Origin: Demequina sp.
Lineage (GTDB): Bacteria; Actinomycetota; Actinomycetes; Actinomycetales; Demequinaceae
Length of the DNA stretch: 64,000 nt
Reading direction: 5' to 3'
Assembly: GCF_024642165.1 (NCBI RefSeq)
Contig: NZ_JAHEBP010000001.1
Coordinates: forward strand, 2,044 to 66,043
The notes beneath the pieces are model-generated. The model worked only from the letters and a program-made list of their open reading frames with translations, did no database searches and had not been told where the DNA came from. Both the position numbers and the translations under genes were made by a program. Position 1 is the first letter of the stretch. Every line of letters starts with the position of its first letter. Shown here one piece after another: positions 22,280 to 31,909 of this stretch.

Positions 22280-22527
22280 GCGGCTGGGGTCCCTTCCACG
22301 GAGTCTGTGGCTTGCTAATGCCTCACGAGGGACTTTTGTTCCCATGCGGCGCACGCATTGTGCCCCATCCCGGGCCAGAAAGCGACTCCTGAGCGCGCGT
22401 GCCGCCCAACACCCCCATCACCCCTCCACACCGAATGACCATCTCTCCACCGGCAACCTGGGGTTTCCTGCACAGGATGGCCCGAATGGGGCCGATTCCT
22501 ACGGTGGCGCGTGGAGAGGCGCACTGG

Positions 22528-23334
22528 TCAGATCTCGCCGGCGCCCGCCTCCACCAAGGCATCGCGCAGCGCGTCCCACGTGGCGGGCACGGCGGCGATC
22601 AGGAGCCTGCCGTCGGGCGCGCCGCCGTCGAGAGCGCCCACGCGCACCCCCGCCTCCGTGGCGATGAGCGCCCCAGCGGCGAAGTCCCACGGATGCAGGC
22701 CGTGCTCGTAGTAGGCGTCGACCAGGCCCGCGGCCACGTGGCACAGGTCGATGGAGGCGGCGCCCAGGCGACGGATGTCTCGCACCTGCGGGAGGATCGT
22801 GGCCACGATCCGGCCCTGGCGGGCGCGCCGCTCGGCCGTGTACTGGAATCCGGTCGCGACAAGGGAGCCCTCGAGCCCCGGCCCGTCCTCGTGGCGCAGC
22901 AATTCGCCGTCCCGGCGCGCGCCCTCGCCGCGCGCCGCCGTCCACAGCACCCCCGAGCCGTCGAGCACGGCGCCCGCCTCGATGGTCCATCGCGCGGGTT
23001 CGGGCGGTCCGCTGACCGCGGCGACCGACACGGAGAAGTGAGGAATCCCGTACAGGTAGTTCACCGTGCCGTCGATGGGGTCGACCACCCACGTGATTCC
23101 GGAGGTGCCCACCACGTCGTCGCCCTCCTCGCCCAGGATGCCGTCGTCGGGCCGCAGCTGCGCCAGGCGGTCGCGCACCAACCGCTCTGCCGCCAGGTCC
23201 ATCTGGGTGACCACGTCGACGGCGGACGTCTTGGTGTGAGCCACACGCGCCGCGCGCCGCCCGTCGATGATGAGGCGACCCGCCTCGGAGGCGAGCGCGG
23301 TGGCCACATCGAGGAGCTCGGAAGGTGCGGGCAT
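22528..23334 (-). CDS. suhB: Inositol monophosphatase
   Basis: DVVT..D, GEEG, WVVDPIDGTVNY, RRLGAA, WDFAAG. Confidence 0.93.
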   Translation of the reverse strand: MPAPSELLDVATALASEAGRLIIDGRRAARVAHTKTSAVDVVTQMDLAAERLVRDRLAQLRPDDGILGEEGDDVVGTSGITWVVDPIDGTVNYLYGIPHFSVSVAAVSGPPEPARWTIEAGAVLDGSGVLWTAARGEGARRDGELLRHEDGPGLEGSLVATGFQYTAERRARQGRIVATILPQVRDIRRLGAASIDLCHVAAGLVDAYYEHGLHPWDFAAGALIATEAGVRVGALDGGAPDGRLLIAAVPATWDALRDALVEAGAGEI

Positions 23335-23417
23335 GCATTCATCGTAGGAGGGGGACCAATCGCGCGGGACCGGGGTGTCGCGGCCTCGCTCCGGCACTCG
23401 CGTGGCACCCTGAGTCC

Positions 23418-24497
23418 ATGACTCGCCTCACCCTCGTGGGTCCCTCGGAGGACGGCCTTCACCTCATGGTGGAGACCGAGTCGGGTGACCGCCTCGAGCT
23501 CCCCCTCTCCGATGAGCTCCGACACGCCGTGCGATACACGCGTGCCACCGTCCCGACCGCCCATGCGGGTCAGGACGCAGACGACGACGCACCCACCCTG
23601 TCGCCGCGCGAGATCCAGCAGCGGATCCGCGCGGGGCTCAGCGGAGCGGAGCTCGCGGAGCTCACCGGCGCGTCGTTGACCACCATCGAGAAGTACGAGG
23701 CCCCGGTCGCCGCCGAGCGCCAGTACATCGCCGACCTGGCTCGTGAGACCCGGATCGGCCGCGACCCGAGCGCACCCCAGCTGGGCGAGCTGGTGACGGA
23801 TCGGCTGGCTGCGCGCGGCGTCGATCCCGAGACGGTGACGTGGGACGCGTGGCGCGAGCAGGACGAGCCGTGGAACGTCGCGGCCGACTATCGCGTGTCG
23901 GGGCGCAGTGTGCGGGCGCTGTGGACGTTCGACCACACGGCTCGCACGGTGACGGCCGAGGACGAGGAGGCCCGCTGGCTCTCCGAGACCGAATTGCTGG
24001 ACGTCCCCATCCCGCGCCGCCACCTGAGCGCGGTGCGCGACGCCCTCGAGGGAAGGGTGCCGCCGCTGCAGGCGAGCCGCCCGCCCGCCCCGGTCACCGA
24101 CGCCACCCCCGTGGTCAAGGAGGCCGGCGCCGAGGTCACGGACGACACCGCCGAGTCCGCCATCGTGCTGCCGCGTCCCGTCGAGACGCAGACGGAGCTG
24201 CTGCTCGAGGACCTCGACCTCCGGCGAGGCACGCGCGAGAGCGTCGCGGAGCCCGACGAGGGCGACGATGCGGACGACGACGCCTTCGAAGGATTCGGTC
24301 CCGCCCGCCGCGCGCGACAGGCCGAGACCGGATTCGCTCACCCGGCGGCGCGCCCGAAGGCGGAGCAGACGCGGCCGGTCGCGACCGTTCGGGCCCCGAG
24401 CGAGGAGTCGACGGAGCGCCGCGGGGGCAAGCGAGGCCGGGCCTCGGTTCCCAGTTGGGACGAGATCGTCTTCGGCGCGAAGAACGACCAGGGCTGA
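23418..24497 (+). CDS. sepH: Septation protein SepH (DUF3071)
   Basis: LSPREIQQRIRAG HTH, WDAWR, C-terminal RASVPSWDEIVFG. Confidence 0.92.
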   Translation: MTRLTLVGPSEDGLHLMVETESGDRLELPLSDELRHAVRYTRATVPTAHAGQDADDDAPTLSPREIQQRIRAGLSGAELAELTGASLTTIEKYEAPVAAERQYIADLARETRIGRDPSAPQLGELVTDRLAARGVDPETVTWDAWREQDEPWNVAADYRVSGRSVRALWTFDHTARTVTAEDEEARWLSETELLDVPIPRRHLSAVRDALEGRVPPLQASRPPAPVTDATPVVKEAGAEVTDDTAESAIVLPRPVETQTELLLEDLDLRRGTRESVAEPDEGDDADDDAFEGFGPARRARQAETGFAHPAARPKAEQTRPVATVRAPSEESTERRGGKRGRASVPSWDEIVFGAKNDQG

Positions 24498-24499
24498 GG

Positions 24500-25669
24500 C
24501 TACGCGTCCCCGGCCACGAGCAGGGGCACCATCAGTTCCTCCGGTGTGAGCGAGCCATGGACGCCGATGAGCGCCAACGCCCGATCCGACTGCGTGCGCG
24601 AGTCCACCACCGTCGCGCGGCCCGTCATCGCGACCACGACGTCGCCGATGCGCTCCTCGACGTGCGCCGCGACGGGACCGAACAATCCCAGCGCGATCGC
24701 TTCGGCGCGCTCCAGCACCGCGGCGTGGACGCCTAGCGTGTCCCGCCACCGCGCGGCGACGCTCGCGGCCTCCGCCGCATCGTCCACGTGGAGGTGAAGG
24801 GCACGCGGCTCCCCCGCCACGAGCCGCACGCCACGCGCCAGGGCGGGCTCGCCGGCGACGTCCCATCGGGGCGCTCCGGTCACGTCCACCATGCCGTGGT
24901 CGGCGGTGACCACCATCACGGCGCGTCGCGGGAGCCGGACGCGCAGGCGCCGCAGCTCCTGATCCGCGTCCTCCAGCGCCGCGACCCAGGGATCGGACTG
25001 CCAGCCGTGCTTGTGCCCCGCCGCGTCGATGTCGCCCCAGTAGAGGTACGTGAGGCCCGGCCGACGCGCACGCATGATCGCCTCGTCCACCCGGGCCGCA
25101 AGCCGGTCGGCGCCCACGAACTCTCCCCCGGACAACGCGGCGCGCGTGAGCCCCGAGCCCGCGAACCGGCGCTTGCCCAGCGAGGCGACCGCCACGCCGG
25201 CGTCGTGCGCGGCGGCCAGCAAGGAGGGCTCGCGCTGCCAGCTCTCCGGCTCGTCCGCGCCCTCCCAGGACACGAGGTTGGCGGCGGCGCCCGTCCGTGG
25301 GTTGTGAGCCGTGTAACCGGTCATGCCCGTCGCACCCGCGGCGCTTCCCGTGCCGAACAGCGCGAGAGACGTGGCGGTGGTGGTGGGGAAGCCCGCGGTG
25401 ATGACCTCAGACTCGGTCGAGCGCAGGAAGGGCGCGTGGCCCCGGCGCGCGTCGAGCTGCAGGTGACCCAATCCGTCGAGCAGCACCACCACGGCGTGCT
25501 CGGCGCGCGGCACGCCCAGCCGCACCCGGTCCGCCTCGGCGTCGCGACCGGCCACCGCGTGTGCGACGCCCACGGCGGCCAACGCCGCGGGCAGGACGGC
25601 ACCCAGTTCCAGACCCCCGTAGTCGGGGACGGACAGCCCGGCGTCGGCGAGCAGTCCGGCTGAGGTCAC
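24500..25669 (-). CDS. Alkaline phosphatase superfamily / nucleotide pyrophosphatase-phosphodiesterase
   Basis: [33 protein letters not shown]. Confidence 0.9.
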   Translation of the reverse strand: MTSAGLLADAGLSVPDYGGLELGAVLPAALAAVGVAHAVAGRDAEADRVRLGVPRAEHAVVVLLDGLGHLQLDARRGHAPFLRSTESEVITAGFPTTTATSLALFGTGSAAGATGMTGYTAHNPRTGAAANLVSWEGADEPESWQREPSLLAAAHDAGVAVASLGKRRFAGSGLTRAALSGGEFVGADRLAARVDEAIMRARRPGLTYLYWGDIDAAGHKHGWQSDPWVAALEDADQELRRLRVRLPRRAVMVVTADHGMVDVTGAPRWDVAGEPALARGVRLVAGEPRALHLHVDDAAEAASVAARWRDTLGVHAAVLERAEAIALGLFGPVAAHVEERIGDVVVAMTGRATVVDSRTQSDRALALIGVHGSLTPEELMVPLLVAGDA

Positions 25670-26232
25670 CCGCGAGCCCCGATCGCGTTCTGGAGCACCC
25701 CGGAGAAGTCCTGGAGCGCGCGTACCGAGTCCTCGCCGTCGGCGATCAGGCTGACGCGCACCAGCACGTCGTCCGACGTGAGCGTGCCCGTGTAGCCGTG
25801 ATCCGCCTCGCAGCTCTCGTCGCCGCACGAGGCGGGCTCGAGGTCGACGCGCGAATGCACGGAGCCGCCCACGGCGAGCACCAGCTCGGTGGGAGCATCG
25901 CCGTCGGTGTACTGCTCCGGTTCGTGCACCACGTGGGTCATCGCCATGTTGCGGATCGCGGACAGCGCGGTGGTCTCGACTGTCGCCGAGGCCTCGTGAA
26001 CGCCCTCGGCCCCGTGGCCGGCGCCATCGTCCATGTGGACACGCAGCAGCCGCGTATCGGTCACCACGAGCACCGTCATGTGCCGGCGGACCTCGCGGTC
26101 GTCGAACGTGGTCTCGGCGTGGACGAAGTGTGCGCGGGCGGTCTCGGCGCCGATCGCCGAGCGGAGCACCGCGGTCGCGAGCGCCGGGTAGTACCCCGCG
26201 AACCGCACCGCCTGGTCGAGGGTGTGTGCCAT
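25666..26232 (-). CDS. DUF5998 family protein
   Basis: [37 protein letters not shown]. Confidence 0.88.
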   Translation of the reverse strand: MAHTLDQAVRFAGYYPALATAVLRSAIGAETARAHFVHAETTFDDREVRRHMTVLVVTDTRLLRVHMDDGAGHGAEGVHEASATVETTALSAIRNMAMTHVVHEPEQYTDGDAPTELVLAVGGSVHSRVDLEPASCGDESCEADHGYTGTLTSDDVLVRVSLIADGEDSVRALQDFSGVLQNAIGARG

Positions 26233-26386
26233 GGCCGCTATTGTCTCACCTTCGTAGGCCGTGTGAGGGCGACCGCCGGTGGACGATGCGCGGCCTGGGG
26301 GCCGTCCCGCGTGGCACCGGGGCGCCGTGGGGCCCGCGGGAGACAATACGGGCGCGAGCCGTACGAGACGAAGGACGAGGTGTCAG

Positions 26387-28813
26387 ATGACCGACGCACC
26401 CGACGCGCAGATCGTCGATATCGACGTCAGCGCCGAGATGGAGGCGTCGTTCCTCGAGTACGCGTACTCGGTCATCTACTCCCGGGCCCTGCCGGACGCC
26501 CGCGACGGCCTCAAGCCCGTCCAGCGCCGCATCGTCTACATGATGCAGGACATGGGCCTGCGGCCCGACCGCGCCTACGTGAAGTCGGCCCGCGTCGTGG
26601 GCGAGGTGATGGGCAAGCTCCACCCCCATGGCGACACGGCCATCTACGACGCGCTGGTGCGTATGGCGCAGTCGTTCTCGCTGCGCCTGCCGCTGGTGGA
26701 CGGTCATGGCAACTTCGGCTCGCTCGACGACGGGCCGGCGGCCTCGCGCTACACCGAGGCCCGGCTCGCCCCGGCCGCGCTCGCCATGACCGCGGACCTC
26801 GACGAGGGCGTCGTCGACTTCGTCGCCAATTACGACAACAAGCTGACCCAGCCGTCGGTGCTGCCCGCGGCCGTGCCCAATCTGCTGGTCAACGGCGCCT
26901 CGGGGATCGCGGTGGGCATGGCCACCAACATGGCACCGCACAACCTGGTCGAGGTGGTCTCCGCCGCGCGGCACCTGCTCGCGAACCCGCGTGCGACCCT
27001 CGACGAGCTCATGCGGTTCGTACCCGGTCCGGATCTGCCCACCGGAGGCAAGATCGTGGGCCTCGACGGTGTACGCCAGGCGTATGAGACGGGCAAGGGC
27101 GCCTTCCGCACGCGCGCCAGCACCCGGGTCGAGAAGGTGACGGCGCGCCGCCAGGGAATCGTCGTCACCGAGCTGCCCTACGGCGTGGGCCCGGAGAAGG
27201 TGATCGAGAAGATCAAGGACGGGGTCTCCGCCAAGAAGCTGGACGGCATCTCCGCGGTCACCGATCTCACCGATCGGCACCACGGCCTGCGGCTGGTGAT
27301 CGAGATCAAGAACGGCTTCAACCCCGAGGCCGTGCTCGAGAAGCTCTACAAGGTGACCCCGCTCGAGGAGAGCTTCTCCATCAACAACGTCGCCCTCGTC
27401 GACGGCGAGCCGCGGACGCTCGGGCTCAAGGAGCTGCTCGCGGTGTGGGTCGGGCACCGCATCACCGTGGTCCGCCGCCGTTCCGAGTTCCGCCTGACGG
27501 CGCGGCGGGACCGGCTGCACCTGGTGGACGGCCTGCTGGTGGCGATTCTCGACATCGACGACGTCATCCAGATCATCCGCTCCTCGGAGGACGCGGCAGA
27601 GGCGCGTGGTCGCCTCATGACCGCCTTCGACCTGTCCGAGATCCAGGCCGACTACATCCTCGAGCTCCGGCTTCGCCGCCTGACCAAGTTCTCGCGCCTC
27701 GAGCTCGAGAACGAGAAGGCCCAGCTGCTCGCGGAGATCGCCGAGCTCGAGGAGATCCTCGGTTCGGAGACGGTGCTCAAGGGCGTGGTGGGCCGCGAGA
27801 TGGACGCGGTTGCGGCGCAGTACGGAACCCCGCGCCGCACCATCCTGCTCGCGGATGGCGGCGCCCTGTCCCCCACTCCCGTGGCAGGGAGCAAGGCCCC
27901 CGCCCTGGCGATGGAGATCGAGGACTCGCCGTGCTACGCGATGCTCTCGACCACGGGTCTCATCGCAAGGACGTCCTCGGACGAGCCGCCCGCGCGCGAG
28001 GGGCGTCGCTCGTCTCACGACGCGCTGCGCAGCGTGGTCCACTCCTCGGCGCGCGCGGACGTGGGGCTCGTGACGAGCCAGGGCCGCATCGTTCGCCTGT
28101 CGCTGCTCGACGTGCCGGCGTTGGCACCCACCTCGGAGCCGCCCTCGCTGGGCGGCGGCACGCCGGTCTCGGAGGTGGTGGGACTCGAGCGTGGGGAGGA
28201 GCCCGTGGGCCTGGTGCCGCTCGACGGCTCCACGCCCGTCGCGATCGGGACCGCGCACGGCGTCGTCAAGCGCGTGAGGGCCGATGACATCCCGCAGAAG
28301 GACGCCTGGGAGGCGATCTCGCTGTCCGACGGCGATGCCGTGCTGGGCGCAGGCGCGGCCTCCGACGGCGATCACCTGATCTTCATCGCGGACGATGCGA
28401 GCCTGCTCCACTTCGACGCGGCGCTGGTGCGCCCGCAGGGACGCGCGGGCGGAGGAATGGCCGGCATCAAGCTGGGTGCCGGGGCGGGCGTCGTGTTCTT
28501 CGGCGTGGTCCGGGCGGGGACCGATGCGGCCATCGCCACGGTCTCCGGCCCGTCCGGCGCGCTTCCGGGAACCGCGGCGGGATCCGCGAAGTGGACTCCG
28601 CTCGCCGAGTACCCCACCAAGGGGCGCGCCACCGGCGGCGTGCGCGCCCACCGCTTCCTCAAGGGCGAGGACGTGCTGCTCCTGGCCTGGGCGGGGCCCA
28701 CCCCTCCGCGCGCATGCTCGGGAGCGGGCCAGCCGGTCGAGCTCCCGGCCCAGCCCGGCCGCCGGGACGGCTCGGGAACGGCGCTCGCCGCGCCGGTCGC
28801 CGGCATCGGCTGA
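26387..28813 (+). CDS. parC: DNA topoisomerase IV subunit A (GyrA/ParC family)
   Basis: [28 protein letters not shown] catalytic Tyr, beta-pinwheel C-terminus. Confidence 0.93.
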   Translation: MTDAPDAQIVDIDVSAEMEASFLEYAYSVIYSRALPDARDGLKPVQRRIVYMMQDMGLRPDRAYVKSARVVGEVMGKLHPHGDTAIYDALVRMAQSFSLRLPLVDGHGNFGSLDDGPAASRYTEARLAPAALAMTADLDEGVVDFVANYDNKLTQPSVLPAAVPNLLVNGASGIAVGMATNMAPHNLVEVVSAARHLLANPRATLDELMRFVPGPDLPTGGKIVGLDGVRQAYETGKGAFRTRASTRVEKVTARRQGIVVTELPYGVGPEKVIEKIKDGVSAKKLDGISAVTDLTDRHHGLRLVIEIKNGFNPEAVLEKLYKVTPLEESFSINNVALVDGEPRTLGLKELLAVWVGHRITVVRRRSEFRLTARRDRLHLVDGLLVAILDIDDVIQIIRSSEDAAEARGRLMTAFDLSEIQADYILELRLRRLTKFSRLELENEKAQLLAEIAELEEILGSETVLKGVVGREMDAVAAQYGTPRRTILLADGGALSPTPVAGSKAPALAMEIEDSPCYAMLSTTGLIARTSSDEPPAREGRRSSHDALRSVVHSSARADVGLVTSQGRIVRLSLLDVPALAPTSEPPSLGGGTPVSEVVGLERGEEPVGLVPLDGSTPVAIGTAHGVVKRVRADDIPQKDAWEAISLSDGDAVLGAGAASDGDHLIFIADDASLLHFDAALVRPQGRAGGGMAGIKLGAGAGVVFFGVVRAGTDAAIATVSGPSGALPGTAAGSAKWTPLAEYPTKGRATGGVRAHRFLKGEDVLLLAWAGPTPPRACSGAGQPVELPAQPGRRDGSGTALAAPVAGIG

Positions 28814-28848
28814 CGGACACCCCGGGGCGCCCTCGGCAACCCCGACGC

Positions 28849-29673
28849 TCAGCCCTCGGTGGCCGAGTCCTCGGGAACTCTCCCCCGCCCGTCGCGGAGC
28901 CTCACGGCGTCGCCCACCAGCAGCACGTCGCCCTTGAAGAACCTCAGCAGCCACAGGACGGCGTCGACGTTCGCATCGTGCTGGATGCGGGCGGGCGCAC
29001 CCGGCTCCGCGCGGGTCGAACGACGCCCGATGACGTCCAGGACCGAGTGCACGGCGAGCGTGAACTCGCCCCGGAGGACGGTGTCGAGCGGCCGCGCCAC
29101 CTTCCGATAGCGGACCTTCACGCCGTAGCCACCCGCTTCGACGTCCGCTCGATGGCCCACCTCGGCGGCGCGCCGCACATACAGACCCTTCTTGGGCAGG
29201 ATCCGCGCCACGGAGACTCCCCTGCGCAGCGCGATCTCGAGGGCGAACGCGAGCCCATACCCCGACGCCTCGCCGGTGTTGGAGAACACGGCGACGTCAC
29301 CGGGAACCTCGTTGTCCCGCATCACCATGACGGCCACCGTCGGGTGCCCTGCCTCGCCCGCGTCGATCGCCCCGTTGACCGCCTCGAGCAGGAACCGGCG
29401 CCGGTGCAGCGGCGTGGCGACGGCCAGCATCTTGCAGTCCTGTGCCGCGGCTCGCAAGATCGCCTCACGGACGCCCCCGCGCACCAGGCCGCCGTCGACG
29501 ATGTCGACGTCCGGGCACAACGTGCGGAATCGCGCCGTCTCGTCGAAGAGGGCGTCGGAGCTCAAGAGCACCAGCGAGGCCGCCGCCCTCGCGATGCGGT
29601 CCACCGCGCGGTCACTGAGCCGGTGACCGTCGAAGACGGCGATCCGCCGCTTCGCCTCGATGACCCGGGTCAC
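28849..29673 (-). CDS. Hypothetical protein, possibly a degenerate tandem universal stress protein
   Basis: IAVFDG..SDRAV and VAVFSNTGEASGYGLAFALEIA resemble USP beta1-alpha1; ends LLRFFKGDVLLV; GTGA overlap with the upstream gene. Confidence 0.6.
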   Translation of the reverse strand: MTRVIEAKRRIAVFDGHRLSDRAVDRIARAAASLVLLSSDALFDETARFRTLCPDVDIVDGGLVRGGVREAILRAAAQDCKMLAVATPLHRRRFLLEAVNGAIDAGEAGHPTVAVMVMRDNEVPGDVAVFSNTGEASGYGLAFALEIALRRGVSVARILPKKGLYVRRAAEVGHRADVEAGGYGVKVRYRKVARPLDTVLRGEFTLAVHSVLDVIGRRSTRAEPGAPARIQHDANVDAVLWLLRFFKGDVLLVGDAVRLRDGRGRVPEDSATEG

Positions 29674-30029
29674 GCGCCGTCCGCCGGGAGACTCGCGAGC
29701 CGCGCCCCGATCACGGACTCCCATTGGCGGGCCCGCCTGCGCGCCTCGACCACGACGAGGGCGCTCAGACCGGCGCCGGCCGCCGCGAAGGCCGCCTCGC
29801 GCCGGTGCCCCAGCAGGCCTAGGGCGACGGCGGCCGCGGAACCCTGGACCACGCCTCCCAGCGCCGCAGCGTAGGAGCGGGCGTAGGCGAGCATCAGCGC
29901 GAGGGCGAGCGGGTCGGCGCACGCCATGACCGCTACGGCCGCCTCGCGGGTCAGGCGACGCGGCCCGAGTGAACTCGCGCCCATCCAGGGCAGGGTCGGA
30001 TCCACGTCACGGTAGAGTCCTGCGCTCAT
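29670..30029 (-). CDS. Small hypothetical membrane protein
   Basis: GGGGAG RBS; two hydrophobic helices; coupled to the downstream ORF. Confidence 0.65.
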   Translation of the reverse strand: MSAGLYRDVDPTLPWMGASSLGPRRLTREAAVAVMACADPLALALMLAYARSYAAALGGVVQGSAAAVALGLLGHRREAAFAAAGAGLSALVVVEARRRARQWESVIGARLASLPADGA

Positions 30030-30066
30030 TCCACTCCCCTGTTCCGTCGCGGACCGTCGCGACCTG

Positions 30067-31356
30067 TCAGCCGTTCTCGAACGCCCACCGGCGGTCCGTC
30101 ACCAGTTTGGCCACCACCAGGCCCACCATGATCGACAGCACCACCAGGAGCACCTCGAGGATGGCCCCGATGGTGTCCGCGTAGCGAGCCTCGTTGAGGC
30201 TCACCACGGATTGGAAGACGAGCACCCCGGGGATCTGGACCAGCACGGCTGGCACCGAGAGGGTGATGACCGGCGAGCCGATCCGGCGGGCGACGATTGC
30301 GGCGAGCACGCCCACGATGACGCACCCGATCACCGTCGCCATCTGGATCATCATCCCCTGCTCGATCATGGCCTTCCGGACGGTGTTGGCGACCATCCCG
30401 ATGACCGCCGCTGCGATGGCCATCCGCCAGGGCGAGTTGAACATCAGCGCGAAGCCCAGCACGCCGATGAAGCTGGCCAGCGCCGTGATCCCCAGGTGAG
30501 TCAGCACATCCATGGGAATCGGCTCTCGCACGCTGGTGTCGAGCGAGCTGACCAGCGTCATCGCCCAGACGGACAGCGCCGCGCCCACGGTCATCATGCT
30601 CCCGAACACGATGCGTGAGATGCCCGCGGAGAAGTCCATCTTCGCCATGTCCAAGGCCCCTGTGATGAGGGGGAAGCCGGGGAGCAGAAACAGCACGCAT
30701 GCGATGTAGCCCGACGCGTGGACGTCGACGCCAACGTCGAACGCCCGGTACGTCGCGACCGACGCCAGGTACACCCCGCACGCCAGGGCCGCCGCGAGCA
30801 TGGTGGTGCCGAACGGATTGAAGCCTCGATGAGCCAGCGCTCGCCTCACATACTGGCCGGCCGTGGCGGCGAGCAGCACCGCGATCACCTCGAGCGCTCG
30901 CGCATTGTTGAGCACCGCGAACCCGGCACATGCGCCGCCGGCGAACAACGCATTCATCACCGGCGGATGAAGCGCGGGCCGCCGCTCGATGCGGTCGAGC
31001 GCGGCGTGGACCTGATCCACGGTGGTGCGAGCGGGGATGTCGCGGCGGAAGGCGTCCAGCAAGGCGATCCGCTCGGCGTTGACGCCGGTGCGACGAACCT
31101 CGGTGACCTCGGTGCGGAAGATCGAGCCGCGGTGCGAGGTCGCGGTGATCTCGGTGAGCGTCACCGCCGCCGAGTGGCGGTCGATGCCGAGCGCGTGCGC
31201 CACGGCCTGCATGGCCTCCTTGACGCGGTAGCTCGCGGTGCCGGAGGACAGCATCATCCGCCCGACGCGCAGGATCGCGCCGGACTGTCGGATGAGCCCC
31301 ACGGGCTCGAGCGAGTCCTCAGGGTCCCGGTCGTATGCGCGCTGGTCCGCCATCAC
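30067..31356 (-). CDS. thrE: Threonine/serine exporter ThrE family
   Basis: GRMMLSSGTASYRV, GVNAERI, LLPGFPL, about 10 TM. Confidence 0.88.
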   Translation of the reverse strand: MMADQRAYDRDPEDSLEPVGLIRQSGAILRVGRMMLSSGTASYRVKEAMQAVAHALGIDRHSAAVTLTEITATSHRGSIFRTEVTEVRRTGVNAERIALLDAFRRDIPARTTVDQVHAALDRIERRPALHPPVMNALFAGGACAGFAVLNNARALEVIAVLLAATAGQYVRRALAHRGFNPFGTTMLAAALACGVYLASVATYRAFDVGVDVHASGYIACVLFLLPGFPLITGALDMAKMDFSAGISRIVFGSMMTVGAALSVWAMTLVSSLDTSVREPIPMDVLTHLGITALASFIGVLGFALMFNSPWRMAIAAAVIGMVANTVRKAMIEQGMMIQMATVIGCVIVGVLAAIVARRIGSPVITLSVPAVLVQIPGVLVFQSVVSLNEARYADTIGAILEVLLVVLSIMVGLVVAKLVTDRRWAFENG

Positions 31357-31465
31357 TCTCCCTCGTGTCCGAACAGAGTCGCGGCCGGGCCGCGGGATGC
31401 TCCGGGGCCTCCATCATCGCAAAGCAGGGCGCGCCGCGCGAGAGCCGCGAGCGCCATTCCCCGAC

Positions 31466-31909
31466 CTAGTGAGGCGAGCCGACGCGCTTGTGCCAATCGC
31501 GGATGCGCCGCAGCCGCTCGCGTTGCAGCGCGCCGTCGCCCCGATCCAGCGCCACGATCAGCAGCCCGCCCGCGAGGATCGCGCCGGTCTGGACCGACGA
31601 GGCGGCGTCGTTGACCATCAGCAGGACCGCCCACGCCACGACGAGGGCGATACCGAGCGCGGCGAGGCCGTGGCCGCGAGCCGAGCGTTCTCGCACCCAC
31701 AGCTCGTCGATGAAGTCGAGCTCCCGGTCGGAATCCAAGAGCTCCTCCTCGAGCCGGGCGCAGCGGGCGGGGATCCCCACCACGGAGGTGCTCCGAAGAA
31801 CGGTGCGCGCACCTGCGGCGTTGACCCGCGGCCGCTCGTGGTAGCCGTAGGGGTGCACGGGGCACGGCGGCGCGGTGTCGTGGCGCGCACGGGCGGCGTG
31901 TCCGCTCAC
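31466..31909 (-). CDS. Small hypothetical two-TM membrane protein
   Basis: Start overlaps the parE stop (GTGA); two hydrophobic helices; start uncertain. Confidence 0.55.
   Translation of the reverse strand: MSGHAARARHDTAPPCPVHPYGYHERPRVNAAGARTVLRSTSVVGIPARCARLEEELLDSDRELDFIDELWVRERSARGHGLAALGIALVVAWAVLLMVNDAASSVQTGAILAGGLLIVALDRGDGALQRERLRRIRDWHKRVGSPH

Noticed and set aside
26246-28954. 902-aa ORF antisense to parC
   Set aside because: Shadow ORF with Arg/Gly-rich composition and no motifs
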